Shown here: positions 51,983 through 63,631 of the stretch, piece after piece | Layout: every line of letters begins with the position of its first letter | How positions within the stretch are numbered: position 1 is the stretch's first letter | From: an uncultured Acidobacteriota bacterium | Lineage (GTDB): Bacteria; Acidobacteriota; JAQAZP01 | Assembly (NCBI GenBank): GCA_963836075.1 | Contig: CAWIIB010000009.1 | Location: 2,176,001 to 2,240,000 of the forward strand | Direction: 5' to 3' | DNA: 64,000 nt | Translations under genes and position numbers: made by a program | The notes under the pieces: generated by a model | What the model saw: only the letters and a program-made list of their open reading frames with translations | Databases searched by the model: none | What the model was told of the DNA's origin: nothing

Positions 51983-54017
51983 ATGTCACTGGAACTGATC
52001 ATCCTGATTCCGTTAGCACCGCTGATCGGCTTTCTGATCAACGGCCTGCTGGGCCCGAAACTGCCCAAAAAACTGGTCAGCTTCATCGGCTGCGCGGCGG
52101 TGGGCGTCTCCCTGGTGGTGGCCATCCTCGCCTTCTCCACCCTGAGCGGGATGGAGGTGCGCCACTTCGAGCACGACTACTTCATGTGGATCGAGTCGCC
52201 GTCGGCCGACTCGGGGGTGGTCAGCGACTACCGCGTCTCCATCCCCTTCGGCCTGCAGCTCGACCCGCTGTCCATGGTGATGGTGCTGGTGGTCACCGGG
52301 GTGGGCTTCCTGATCCACGTCTACTCCGTCGGCTACATGTGGCACGAGCGCGGCTATGCCCGCTACTTCTCCTTCCTCAACCTCTTCACCTTTGCCATGC
52401 TGATCCTGGTGCTGGCCAACAACTTCTTCCTGCTCTTTGTGGGCTGGGAGGGGGTGGGGCTCTGTTCGTATCTTTTGATCGGCTTCTTCTACGAGAAGCA
52501 CTCGGCGGCCAAGGCGGGGATGAAGGCCTTCGTGGTCAACCGTATCGGTGACGTGGGCTTCGTCCTCGGCGCCTTCCTGGTCTTCCTTGTCTTCGGCACC
52601 CTTGATTTTTCCGAGGTGATGATGCTGGCCAGCCAGCCCGGCGCCGTTACCGCCGGCGCCGGCGTGATCACCCTCATGGCCCTGTTGCTCTTTGTCGGCG
52701 CCACCGGCAAGTCGGCACAGATCCCGCTCTATGTCTGGCTGCCCGACGCCATGGAGGGCCCCACACCGGTCAGCGCCCTGATCCATGCCGCCACCATGGT
52801 CACCGCCGGTGTCTACATGGTGGTGCGCTGCAACGTGCTCTTCGCCCTGGCTCCCGACGCCATGCTGGTCGTGGCGGTGATCGGCGGGATGACCGCCATC
52901 TTTGCCGCCACCATCGGCCTGGTGCAGAACGACATCAAGCGGGTGCTGGCCTACTCCACGGTGAGCCAGCTGGGCTACATGTTCCTGGCCCTCGGCGTGG
53001 GCGCTTTCACCGCCGGGATCTTCCACCTGATGACCCACGCCTTCTTCAAGGCGCTGCTCTTCCTCGGGGCCGGGCTCGGTGATCCACGCCATGAGCGGCG
53101 AGCAGGACATCCGCAAGATGGGCAACCTCAAGGGCAAGATCCCCGTCACCTACTGGACGTTCCTCATCGCCTCGCTGGCCATCGCCGGTATCCCGCCGTT
53201 GTCCGGCTTCTTCTCCAAGGACGAGATCCTCTGGAAAACCTTCAGCACGGGACACACCATTCTCTGGGGTATGGGCTTCCTGACTGCCGGGATGACCGCC
53301 TTCTACATGTTCCGCCTGGTCTTCCTCACCTTCCACGGGGAAAGCCGGATGGACAAGGAAACAGAATCTCACGTGCACGAGTCGCCGAGGTCGATGACCG
53401 TGCCCCTGATGACCCTTTGTCTGCTGGCCATTATCGGCGGCTGGATCGGCATCCCCCACGCCATCACCAACATCACTCACTTCCCCGCGGCCAACTACTT
53501 CGAGGAGTGGCTCGAGCCGGTGGTGGGGTGGAGCGGGGAGCAGCTGGCCGGTGGCCACGCGGATGCGGCCCACGCCGAGGTGCCCCACGGTGCAGAGCAT
53601 GCTGCCGCCGGCCACGGCCACCATGCCGTGGACCCGATGGAATACGTGCTGATGGGCCTCTCGGTGCTCATCGCCCTCTCCGGCATCCTGCTGGCCGCGG
53701 CCTGGTATCGCAGGAAGAACGACACTCCGGCGAAACTGGCCGGGGTGCTGGACGGCGGCCCGTACCGCACACTGCTCAACAAATACTGGGTGGACGAGCT
53801 CTACGACCTGACCGTCGTGCAGCGCTTCATCTGGTTCGGCAACTTCCTCTGGAAGTTTATCGACGTGATCGTCATCGACGGGACGGTGAACGCCGTGGCC
53901 CACATCAGCCGCTTCTTCGGCATCGTGGGATCGCGGTTCCAGACCGGCTACGTCAGAAACTACGCGCTGGGGATCGTTCTCGGCGTGGTGATCCTGATCT
54001 GGGCCTGCTTGTTTTAA
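51983..54017 (+). CDS. nuoL: NADH-quinone oxidoreductase subunit L; +1 frameshift near 53073
   Basis: GWEGVGLCSY, NRIGD, GKSAQ.PL..WLPDAMEGPTP, THAFFKALLFL; the shifted frame continues SVIHAM..EQDIR.MG..GFFSKD. Confidence 0.93.
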
Positions 54018-54044
54018 CCAGCAGGCCGGAAGGAAGAACAGAAC

Positions 54045-55622
54045 GTGTCCTGGCTAACCGAACATCTGCTCTCCTGGATCGTCTTCCTGCCCCTTGTCGG
54101 GGCGGGCCTGATCATGCTCATCGGCAGGCAGAACAAGGCGGCCCTGCGCTGGACCGCCGTAATCTGTTCTTTGCTGGTTTTTGTCATCTCGCTGCCCCTC
54201 TGGTTCGGCTTTGACGAGACCACCGCGTCGATGCAGTTCGTCGAGCTGGCCGACTGGGTGCCCGCCCTGGGCATCAGCTACCACCTGGGCGTTGACGGTA
54301 TCAGCCTGTTGCTGATCCTGCTCACCACCTTCATGACTCCGCTGACCCTGCTGAGCACCTTCAGCGCGGTGGACAAGCACCTCAAGGAGTTCCTGGTGGT
54401 GCTGCTGATGCTGGAGACGGGGATGCTCGGCGCCTTCGTGGCCGTCGATCTCTTCCTCTTCTACATCTTCTGGGAAGCGATGCTGATCCCGATGTGTTTC
54501 ATCATCGGTATCTGGGGCGGCCCCCGCCGGGTCTATGCGGCGGTGAAGTTTTTCCTCTACACCCTGGTGGGCTCCCTGCTGATGCTGGTGGCCATCCTGA
54601 CCATGTATTTTCTCCAGCAGCAGGCCTCGGGCATCCCGACCTTCGACATGGCCACGCTGATGTCGACACCGGTGCCGGCCCATATGCAGATGTGTCTCTT
54701 CCTGGCCTTTGCCCTGTCCTTTGCCATCAAGGTGCCGATGTTCCCCTTCCACACCTGGCTGCCCGATGCCCACGTGGAAGCCCCCACTGCGGGCTCCGTG
54801 ATCCTGGCTGCCATCCTGCTGAAACTGGGAACCTACGGCTTCATCCGTTTTGCCATACCGTTCTTCCCCGAGTCTTCCGGGGTTCTCACGACACTGTTTG
54901 CCTCGCTGGCCGTCATCGGCATCATCTATGGCGCCCTGGTGGCCATGGTGCAGAAGGACATCAAGAAGCTGGTGGCCTACTCCAGCGTCAGCCACCTGGG
55001 CTACGTCATGCTGGGCCTTTTCGCCCTCACCGTGCAGGGCGTGGAAGGCGGTATCTTCGTCATGCTGGCCCACGGCCTCTCCACCGGCGGGCTGTTCCTC
55101 ATTGTCGGCATGATCTACGAGCGGAGGCACACCCGGATGATCGCCGACTTCGGCGGCCTGGCCAGGCAGATCCCGGTGTTCACCACCATCTTCATGATCG
55201 TGACCCTGGCCTCCATCGGCCTGCCCGGACTGAACGGTTTCGTCGGCGAGATCCTGGTTCTGGTGGGCACCTTCACCTCCACCTCGATGAACCACGCCAA
55301 GGCTTTCACCGCCCTGGCCGCCACCGGGATGATCCTCGGCGCGGTCTACATGCTCTGGATGTTCCGCCGGGTGATGTTCGGGCCGCTGGAGCGCGAGGAG
55401 AACAAGACGATCAAGGACTTAAGCGTCCGCGAGCTGGTGGTGATGATCCCGATCCTGATCATGATCGTCTGGATGGGTGTCTACCCCGGGCCGTTTCTCC
55501 GAAAAATGGATGTCTCGGTGGCCGCATTTGTCGAGCGGGTGAAGGTGACCAGGCAGGCCACGGCCGAGATGAAAGCGACCGGACAGCCCCGGGGAGAGAG
55601 TGAAGCGAGGAGTGAGCAGTGA
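54045..55622 (+). CDS. nuoM: NADH-quinone oxidoreductase subunit M
   Basis: LGVDGIS, FWEAML, KVPMFPFHTWLPDAHVEAP, LVAYSSVSH, GFVGE. Confidence 0.97.
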   Translation: MSWLTEHLLSWIVFLPLVGAGLIMLIGRQNKAALRWTAVICSLLVFVISLPLWFGFDETTASMQFVELADWVPALGISYHLGVDGISLLLILLTTFMTPLTLLSTFSAVDKHLKEFLVVLLMLETGMLGAFVAVDLFLFYIFWEAMLIPMCFIIGIWGGPRRVYAAVKFFLYTLVGSLLMLVAILTMYFLQQQASGIPTFDMATLMSTPVPAHMQMCLFLAFALSFAIKVPMFPFHTWLPDAHVEAPTAGSVILAAILLKLGTYGFIRFAIPFFPESSGVLTTLFASLAVIGIIYGALVAMVQKDIKKLVAYSSVSHLGYVMLGLFALTVQGVEGGIFVMLAHGLSTGGLFLIVGMIYERRHTRMIADFGGLARQIPVFTTIFMIVTLASIGLPGLNGFVGEILVLVGTFTSTSMNHAKAFTALAATGMILGAVYMLWMFRRVMFGPLEREENKTIKDLSVRELVVMIPILIMIVWMGVYPGPFLRKMDVSVAAFVERVKVTRQATAEMKATGQPRGESEARSEQ

Positions 55623-57076
55623 ACTTTGATCTCTACGCCATAATGCCGATCCTGATCCTGGTGATCTGGGGCTGTGCGCTATTACTGCTCGAAGCCGCCT
55701 CCAGAAACATGGCCCGCGCCGTGGCCGGGCCGCTGACCCTGGTGGCGGCCCTGGTCTCCGGCATCGGCTGCATCTGTCTCTGGGCCAACCCGCCCGGATC
55801 CCAGTTCGGCGGGATGCTGCTGCTGGACAAGTTCAGTCTGTTCTTTGGTGCCCTGCTGGCCTTCATCCTGGCCATGACCGTGCTGATCTCCGGCGGCTAC
55901 CTCCGCCGGGAGGAGAACAACCACAGCGAGTATTACGCTCTGCTCTGCTTCACCGTATCCGGCGCCATGCTGATGGTCGGAGCAGGGGACATGCTGGTGC
56001 TCTTCCTCGGCATCGAGCTGCTCTCCATCCCGCTTTACATCCTTGCCGGGTTCCAGCGGAGAAAGCCCGAGTCCACCGAAGCCGCACTGAAATATTTCCT
56101 ACTGGGCGCCTTTGCCACCGGCTTTCTGCTCTACGGCATCGCCCTGGTCTACGGCGCCACCGGCCAACTTGGCCTGCACGCCATCGCCGACCACCTGATC
56201 GCCAACGGTATCACCACCGAGGAACCGATCCTGCTCATCGGCATCATCTTCCTGGTGGTGGCCTTCGGCTTCAAGGTTTCGGTGGTGCCCTTCCACATGT
56301 GGACCCCGGATGTCTACCAGGGTGCGCCCACCTCGATCACCGCCTTCATGGCCGCCGCGCCCAAGGCTGCTGGCCTGGCCGTGGTTCTCCGTGTGTTCAT
56401 CACCGCCTTCCCCACCGAGCAGGAGTTCGTCTCGGCCATGGTGGTGGTGCTGGCCGTGCTGACCATGACCGTGGGCAACGTGCTGGCCCTGGTGCAGGAC
56501 AACATCAAGCGGATGCTGGCCTACTCGTCCATCGCCCACGTGGGCTATCTCCTGGTCGCGGTGGTGGCCGGCAACGAGCTGGGCATGCGGTCGGTCCTCT
56601 TTTACAGCGTGGTCTACGCCCTGATGAACATCGGCGCCTTCGGCCTGGTGATCATGCTCGGCAAGAAGGGGGAGAGCGATCTCGACATGTCCTCCTACGC
56701 CGGTGCCGGTTTCCGCTTTCCGCTGATCGGCCTGGCCATGGCCCTCTTCATGTTCTCCCTGGCCGGCATTCCGCCCACCGGCGGTTTTTTCGGCAAGTTC
56801 TACATCTTCTCCGCCGCGGTCAAGGCCGGGTATATCCCGCTGGCCATCATCGGCGTATTGAACTCCGCCCTCTCGCTCTACTTCTACCTCCGGGTGGTGG
56901 TCTACACCTACATGCGGGAACCCGACTCCCGGGACGCCGTGGCCGACACCCTGACCCTCTCCCCGGGCCTGATCACCGCGGTGGTCATCGCCTGCCTCGG
57001 CACCCTCTACCTCGGCCTGCAGCCCGGCGGCCTGCTTGGCCTGACCGGTGAGGCGATTCGGTCGTTGGTGGGGTAG
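55619..57076 (+). CDS. nuoN: NADH-quinone oxidoreductase subunit N
   Basis: EAALKYF, FKV..VPFHMWTPDVYQGAP, KRMLAYSSIAH, LAGIPP.GGFFGK. Confidence 0.97.
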   Translation: MNFDLYAIMPILILVIWGCALLLLEAASRNMARAVAGPLTLVAALVSGIGCICLWANPPGSQFGGMLLLDKFSLFFGALLAFILAMTVLISGGYLRREENNHSEYYALLCFTVSGAMLMVGAGDMLVLFLGIELLSIPLYILAGFQRRKPESTEAALKYFLLGAFATGFLLYGIALVYGATGQLGLHAIADHLIANGITTEEPILLIGIIFLVVAFGFKVSVVPFHMWTPDVYQGAPTSITAFMAAAPKAAGLAVVLRVFITAFPTEQEFVSAMVVVLAVLTMTVGNVLALVQDNIKRMLAYSSIAHVGYLLVAVVAGNELGMRSVLFYSVVYALMNIGAFGLVIMLGKKGESDLDMSSYAGAGFRFPLIGLAMALFMFSLAGIPPTGGFFGKFYIFSAAVKAGYIPLAIIGVLNSALSLYFYLRVVVYTYMREPDSRDAVADTLTLSPGLITAVVIACLGTLYLGLQPGGLLGLTGEAIRSLVG

Positions 57077-57089
57077 GCTGGCTCACCCT

Positions 57090-58760
57090 GGCGGCACACC
57101 GTCAACCGCAGTTTCCACCAGTCTCCTCATAATCCTGCTGACTGACGCTCAAGCTGATCGGCCCCGATCTTGCTCCTCCTGGTCTGTATGGGCCAGGACA
57201 AACAGAGCATCTACCGACCCCGGCGGCCGGAGCGGACCGACCTGCACCTGGCGGTTCGCGAGAACCTGGAGTTGTTCCTCGAAACCTACGACGAGCGGTT
57301 CCTCGACCGGCACGGCCCTCTGACCGACCGTGCCCGCCGCACGCTGGAGGAGTATCTTCGCTGCGGGATCCTTGCCGCGGGGTTCGCCCGGGTCCGCTGT
57401 GGCGACTGCGGCCACGAGCAACTGGTGGCCTTCTCCTGCCAGCTCCGAGGTGTCTGCCCTTCATGCCAGCAGAAACGGGCCGAGATCCTTTGCCGCTTCG
57501 TCATCGACGAGGTGATCGAGCCGGTGGAGCACCGCCAGCTGGTCTTCGTGCTGCCCAGGCACCTCCGCCGCCCGTTCTACCGCGACCGCCGACTGCTCAC
57601 CGGCCTGTGCCGCTCAGCGGTGGAGGCGACCCACACGTTCTACCGGGCCGGCCTGGGCCGTGACGATCTGAGAGTGGGGATGGTGGTGGTTCCCCAGCGG
57701 TTCGGCGACCGGGTCAATCCGCACATTCACCTGCATGCCCTAGCCACCGACGGCGCTTTCGACCGGGACGGACTGTTCCACCCGATGCCCTTCGGCATGC
57801 AGGGGGACATCGAGGTGCTGGAGCGGCTGTTCGCCCGGCGGGTGCTCGACCTGATGGTGAGGCGTAAGCGGCTGAGCGTGCGCCTTCGCGACGAGATGCT
57901 GGACTGGGAGCATAGCGGGTTCTCGGTGGACGGCTCGGTCAGGGTGGCGGTGGGGGATTACGGGCGGCTCAAGCGGCTGGTGCGCTACCTGGCCCGTCCG
58001 GCGGTGTCGGCGGAGCGGGTGTCCTACGACCGGTCGAACGGCACGGTCACGGTGCGCAGTTCGAAGAAGGTGCGGGGCGTCCGTCCGGTTGTGGCCCAAT
58101 ACGACGGGCTGACCTTCCTGTCCCTTCTGGCGCTGCAGGTGCCGCCGCCCGGGGTGCACATGGTGCGCTACTACGGTCACTACTCGGTGCGGAGCCGGGC
58201 GGAGCGGAGGAAGAGGTCCGGGGAGGGGACGGCCGGCATCCGCAGCGAAAAGCCGCCGCCGGCAAGCGAGCGGCGGCGGAGGTGGGCGGAGCTGATCCGC
58301 CTGGTATTCGAGGTGGACCCTCTGCGCTGTGATAAGTGCGGGGGCGGTATGAAGGTCGTCTCGTTCATCTCGACGGCGCAGTCCGAGGTGATCCGCCGCA
58401 TCCTCGAGCACCTGGGGGTGAGCACCGTCGTTCCCCGGGCCCACGGGCCGCCGGGGTGGGCTGCCACAAGCGAGCGGCACGTTCAGGCCGAGCTCTCCAG
58501 GGACGAGGAGGACTGCTCGCAGGCGCCGCCAGGTTGGGACGAGTGGGAGCCGGCGTGAGGCCTTCGGTCAGTGACGGGCTGCAGGGAGAGGTATGTCCTG
58601 ATGACAGATTAAACGGGGGGCATCGTCGGCATGGCGTAAGGCCACCAGGGATTGACCTCGAACGGCGGGGGAGTGGAGAAACGGCAGGGGGAAAATGACC
58701 GGATCATGGACCTGAAGGGAGGGGAGATTTCTTGACGCCGGGAAAGGAAATCCCTACTCT
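57090..58760 (+). mobile_element. IS91/ISCR-like rolling-circle insertion sequence (boundaries approximate)
   Basis: HUH transposase; downstream GGAAAGGAAATCCCTA (58741-56) resembles the oriIS AAATTCCTA motif; no terminal inverted repeats seen. Confidence 0.7.
57188..58558 (+). CDS. IS91-family (Y2/HUH) transposase with Zn-binding domain
   Basis: YLRCG..GFARVRC..C.....VAFSC..RG.CPSC, HIHLHAL (HUH), HSGFSV, YLARP, VRYYG.YS, VDPL.C..CGG.M. Confidence 0.92.
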   Translation: MGQDKQSIYRPRRPERTDLHLAVRENLELFLETYDERFLDRHGPLTDRARRTLEEYLRCGILAAGFARVRCGDCGHEQLVAFSCQLRGVCPSCQQKRAEILCRFVIDEVIEPVEHRQLVFVLPRHLRRPFYRDRRLLTGLCRSAVEATHTFYRAGLGRDDLRVGMVVVPQRFGDRVNPHIHLHALATDGAFDRDGLFHPMPFGMQGDIEVLERLFARRVLDLMVRRKRLSVRLRDEMLDWEHSGFSVDGSVRVAVGDYGRLKRLVRYLARPAVSAERVSYDRSNGTVTVRSSKKVRGVRPVVAQYDGLTFLSLLALQVPPPGVHMVRYYGHYSVRSRAERRKRSGEGTAGIRSEKPPPASERRRRWAELIRLVFEVDPLRCDKCGGGMKVVSFISTAQSEVIRRILEHLGVSTVVPRAHGPPGWAATSERHVQAELSRDEEDCSQAPPGWDEWEPA

Positions 58761-58831
58761 TCTCACCTGGTTGATGATCGAGGTGGAGGCGCCCTGATGC
58801 TGGGCTCACTGGTGGGCAACGCACTGCTGCT

Positions 58832-58863
58832 GGTGCCGGTGACCCGGGCGACCCACCGGCACC
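58832..58863. other. GC-rich hairpin (10-bp perfect arms) between the IS and the downstream gene
   Basis: ggtgccggtg / caccggcacc; no clear U-tract. Confidence 0.5.
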
Positions 58864-58955
58864 GCTGAGCTGGTCGTCTACCCGCTATTTTCATGGATAA
58901 TCACTCAGCGGAACGCGGTATACTGCAGCGAACCAGCCAGGAGGGACGCCTGACC

Positions 58956-61900
58956 ATGAAGCTCGCATCCATCGGATCTGTTCTGCTCTTCCTGCTCACC
59001 GCTGTCCCGCAGTTGACGCACGCCACAAGGCTTTTCGACACGAGGATCGACCATTTCGTCGGTGCTTACCCGTTCGCCATCGACAGCAGCGATCTTGACG
59101 GTGACGGGCACCTCGACCTGGTGGTGGCCCTCCACGGCTCGGACGGCATCTCCGTTCTTCTCGGCCTGGGGAACGGTGAATTCAGACCCGCCGTGCCATA
59201 TGTGACCGACGACAATCCCACGTCCGTGGCTGCCGCCGATTTCAACGGTGACGGTCACCCGGATGTGGCGGTGGCCAACCGGTATGGGCACAACATGTCC
59301 GTCCTCCTGGGCCAGGGGGACGGTATCCTGTCGCCGCCGGAGCACTACACCACCGGGTCCTCGCCCGAAGCTGTGATCGTCTCCGACCTTGACGGCGACA
59401 CGGTGCCCGACCTGGCCGTGGCCTGCCATTCGAGCCACGCGGTGTCAATCCTGCTCGGCAACGGGGACGGGAGCTTCCAGGCCGAGGTCCGCTACGACAC
59501 CGGCTGGTATCCCATCGATCTCGCCGTGGGGGACGTCAACGGTGACGGTGTGCCGGATCTGGCCACGGCCAGTTCGGCAGACCGCAGCGTGTCCATCCTC
59601 CCTGGCGCCGGCGATGGTTCCTTCGGGCCGCCCCAGGCCATCGAGATCGCCCAGGGCGTTTACGCCCTCGCCCTCGGTGATCTCGATGGGGACGACGTGC
59701 CCGACCTGGCCATCACAACGCACGTTTCGAGCACGAATTCGGGCGAGATCCAGATCTGGCTGAACACCGGTGGCGGCGCGTTCCAATGGAACCAGGAATG
59801 GGCGCACGGCGTCTTGCTCTACGACACCGTCATCGAGGACCTGGACGGCGACGGCTATCGGGATCTGGCGGTCACCGACATCGGATTCGCAAATGCTGAA
59901 GGCCGGGTCACGGTGTACGCCGGCCGCGGTGACGGCACCGTGGAAGCGGCCTTAGGTCGATCATATTGGGCCGGCCTGTCCACCAATGCCGTCCACCCCG
60001 CCGATATCGACGGCGACGGCCGTCTGGACCTGGCCGTATCGAACGCCACCAGCAGCGACATCTCCGTACTGCTGGGCAGAGCTGACGGCGCCTTCCACAC
60101 CGCCCCGACGTACGGCGCGGGGTATGGCCCGAGGACCTCGGCCATTGCCGACCTCAACGGCGACAGCGTTCCCGACATCGCCGTTTCGTCATATGCCAAC
60201 GGGCTCATCAAGATCCTGATCGGCGAGGGGGACGGCACCTTCCTGCCTGCCGGCCAGGTCACCGGGGCCGGCGGAAAACCGTCGGCCATCGTTGCCGACG
60301 ACCTGAACGGCGACGGCATTTCCGACCTGGCCTTCACCACCCCGCTGGACGACAGCTGCTCAGTGACATTGGGCAATGGAGATGGAACGTTCCAGCCGGC
60401 GACGGACTTCGGAACCGGGGGATATCCCGACGCAATGGTGATCAGTGACCTGAACAACGACACCATCCCGGACCTGGCCGCAGCCAACATGGCCAGCGAC
60501 TCGATCTCGGTGCTCCTCGGTGCGGGGGACGGCAGCTTTCTTCCGGCGCTCCACGCCGGCGCCGGTGCCGAACCGGCCGGCCTGGCCGCCGGGGACCTGG
60601 ATGGCGACGGGGCCACCGACCTCGCGGTTACCAGTTCCACCGGGCATGACGTCTCCGTGCTGATCGGCAACGGTGATGGCACATTCCGGACGGCGGTGGG
60701 CTACGCGACCAGCCAGACCCCGGCCGGTGTGGCCATTGCCGATCTCAACGGCGACGGCCACCCGGACCTGGCGGTGGCCTGCCAGAACAGCAACAGGACA
60801 TCGGTGCTCCTCGGCCACGGCGACGGTACCTTCCGGGAGGCGGTCGATCACTACACGCCCCACGGCCCGATATCGGTGACCGCCACCGACCTCGACCTCG
60901 ACGGCTCGCTCGATCTGGTGCTGGCCTGCACAGTACGGTTCACCGTCGCCGTCCTCCGGGGACAGGGTGACGGCTCATTCATGGAAGCCGAACAGTACCG
61001 GCGTCGGGTTTCATCCGTACCATGTCTCCGCCGGCGACCTGGACCGGGACGGCCACCCGGACCTGGTGGCGGTGAACCGGTACAGCCATGATGTCTCGGT
61101 GTTGATCAACGCCGGGAGCCCGGGGATGCTGGTGACCGGCCCTGGTCCGGGATTGGCGAACGAACCGCTGGTCAGGGTCTTCCCGCCGGTGGAGAACGCA
61201 TTTCACGTTTCCGCGTTTCAGGCATATGGCGCCCCCCACTTTGGCGTGGGCGTGGCGGCCGGTGATCCAGACGGCGACGGCATCGACGTCATCATCACCG
61301 GCGCCGGCCCGGGGGCGGTTTTTGGCCCCCACATCCGCGCATTCATGGTCGACGGCACACCGGACCCCGGCATCAACTTCCTGGCCTACGGCACCAACAA
61401 GTTCGGCGTCAATGTGGCCGCCGGCGACCTGGATGGCGACGGGATCGACGAGATCGTCACCGGCGCCGGCCCGGGGGCTGTGTTCGGGCCCCACGTCCGG
61501 GGCTGGAACGTGGATGGCGGTACGGCCACGGCCATGCCCGGGGTCAGCTACTTCGCCTACGGCACGCTGAAACACGGGGTCAACGTGGCGGCCGGCGACC
61601 TGGACGGCGACGGTTACGATGAGATCATCACCGGCGCCGGCCCGGGGGCGGTGTTCGGGCCCCATGTCCGGGGCTGGAACGTCGACGGCGGCACGGCCGC
61701 GGCCATGTCCGGGGTCAGTTTCCTGGCCTACGGCACCAACAGGTGGGGGGTCAACGTGGGTACCGGCGACATCGACGGGGACGGCATCGACGAGATCCTC
61801 ACCGCGCCCGGTCCCTCGGCCCTCTTCGCCTCGCACATCCGGGGCTGGAATGCGGATGGCAGTTCCGCCACACCGCTGGCCGGCTGCAGCTTCCTCGCCT

Positions 61901-62127
61901 GGTCGGCAGCGCTGTCCCGCTACGGCGCCCGGGTGGCCTCGGGTGTCGACCTCGACAGCGACGGGTACCAAGAGATCCTGGTGGGCGCCGGCCCGGACCC
62001 CGCCACCGGCTCACCGGTGCGGGTCTTCGACTACCAGGATGGCCAGGTCAGCGAGGACTTCTCCCTCACCGCCTACCCCCAGGGCTGGAATCACGGGGTG
62101 AACGTGGCCGCGGGTCTGTTCCGGTAG
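58956..62127 (+). CDS. Secreted FG-GAP/VCBS repeat protein (14 repeats) with the C-terminal propeller module; +1 frameshift near 60998
   Basis: GGAGG RBS, signal peptide, 14 DxNGDGxxDL..SVLLG.GDG.F repeats, then the GPGP/PHVR module from 61126. Confidence 0.85.
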
Positions 62128-62232
62128 ATCAAGACTTGGATTCGGCAAGCCGTGTGTCTGGAGCGGGACCCCACGGAGCAGCCCCTCCGTGCTCAGGTCT
62201 TCATCGATGTCCGGCCAATGGATACCGACCCC

Positions 62233-63538
62233 TGTCCCTCCTGTAAATTACGTACTACCTGATAACGTTGAACTTAGCGCTTCAGGAGTGTACCATCGAT
62301 GAATGATGTACAAACTCCTCAAAACCATCTATTCAGCTCTGAGAACCCAACGAACTTTGGCCCTGGAGAACCTGGCGCTCAGGCAACAACTTGCCATCCT
62401 CCGTCGAACGATGAAACGCCCTCGATTGACGGAAACCGATCGACTGTTCTGGGTCTTCCTTTCCAGGATATGGCGAGACTGGGCCCAGGTGCTCGTTGTC
62501 GTCAAGCCTGAAACCGTCATTTCCTGGCATCGGGTGGGCTTCAAGCTCTTCTGGCGATTGAAAAGCCGGCGGAGGAACCGGGGCCGGCCTCGAGTTACAC
62601 GTGAGATCAGGGATCTGATCAGAAGAATGTCCCGAGAAAACCCGACGTGGGGCGCTCCAAGAATCCATGGAGAACTGCTCAAACTGGGAATCGATGTGTC
62701 TCCGGCATCCGTGTCGAAATATATGGGTCGCCACCGGAAACCTCCATCCCAAACTTGGAGAACCTTCCTGCGCAACCATATGGGCGACATGGCCTCCATT
62801 GATTTCTTCACCGTGCCCACGGCGACGTTCCGGATTCTCTACGCCTGTATCATTCTGACCCACTCTCGACGCCTCGTTGTACATTTCAACATCACCGATT
62901 CCCCTTCGGCAGCCTGGACTGGTCAGCAGATCATCGAGGCATTTCCCTGGGATTCAGCTCCGCGGTATCTGCTCCGCGATCGTGATGGGAAATACGGCCA
63001 TGAATTTGTCAGCCGCGTCCGGTCAATGGGCATTGAAGAAGTGAAGACTGCCCCACGATCACCCTGGAAAAACTGTTTCGTCGAGAGGCTCGTTGGATCC
63101 ATACGCCGAGATTGCCTCGACCATGTCATCATCATCAACGAACAGCACCTCCGGCGAATCCTGAAAGAGTACTTCCTGTATTACCACCGGTCTCGAACGC
63201 ATCTATCGCTCGATAAGGATTGTCCGGAGCCGCGAGCTGTAGAATCACCGAAGATGGGCAAAGTGATCGCACTGCCGCAGGTCGGTGGACTCCACCATCG
63301 CTACACCCGTCGGGCCGCCTGATCTGGTCGTGGACTTCAAAGCTTCTACATCAGATAGAACTGTAGGATCGTTTGTTCCGAATCGTTTTCTTTGGTCAGG
63401 CAACACTTCATGAAGTGGCGATCCGTTGGTCTCGATGATTTCCCCCATCGATGATGCTTCAATTCTTCACTCTGAATGATCCCTCCGTCCATTCGTTCGA
63501 CACCATCAGCGAGTCAGATGGATTTTGCAGGAGCCACA
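62233..63538 (+). mobile_element. IS481-like insertion sequence
   Basis: TGT...ACA ends; 62231-49 vs reverse complement of 63522-40 match 15/19; lower GC than flanks; no target duplication seen. Confidence 0.7.
62303..63322 (+). CDS. Integrase-core (rve, DDE) transposase
   Basis: LENLALRQQL, WGAPRIHGEL, IDFFTV, LRDRDGKYG, N.FVER..GSIRR, GGLHHRY; TTGAAC-17-TACCAT promoter immediately upstream. Confidence 0.9.
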   Translation: MMYKLLKTIYSALRTQRTLALENLALRQQLAILRRTMKRPRLTETDRLFWVFLSRIWRDWAQVLVVVKPETVISWHRVGFKLFWRLKSRRRNRGRPRVTREIRDLIRRMSRENPTWGAPRIHGELLKLGIDVSPASVSKYMGRHRKPPSQTWRTFLRNHMGDMASIDFFTVPTATFRILYACIILTHSRRLVVHFNITDSPSAAWTGQQIIEAFPWDSAPRYLLRDRDGKYGHEFVSRVRSMGIEEVKTAPRSPWKNCFVERLVGSIRRDCLDHVIIINEQHLRRILKEYFLYYHRSRTHLSLDKDCPEPRAVESPKMGKVIALPQVGGLHHRYTRRAA

Positions 63539-63631
63539 GGTATCCTGAATCATGTACACCGTACACAGCGAGGCGCGGATTCCCATATCCGCGCCTCATT
63601 GATTCTGCTCTAACCCGTTTAAACCAGTTTT

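Noticed and set aside
53060-53085. nuoL pseudogene or programmed frameshift
   Set aside because: Operon otherwise intact, no slippery site, same +1 signature as six unrelated genes; sequencing error is more parsimonious.
61408-61750. Possible DGR template/variable repeat pair
   Set aside because: In-frame protein blades; differences are mostly synonymous and not adenine-specific; no reverse transcriptase in the window.
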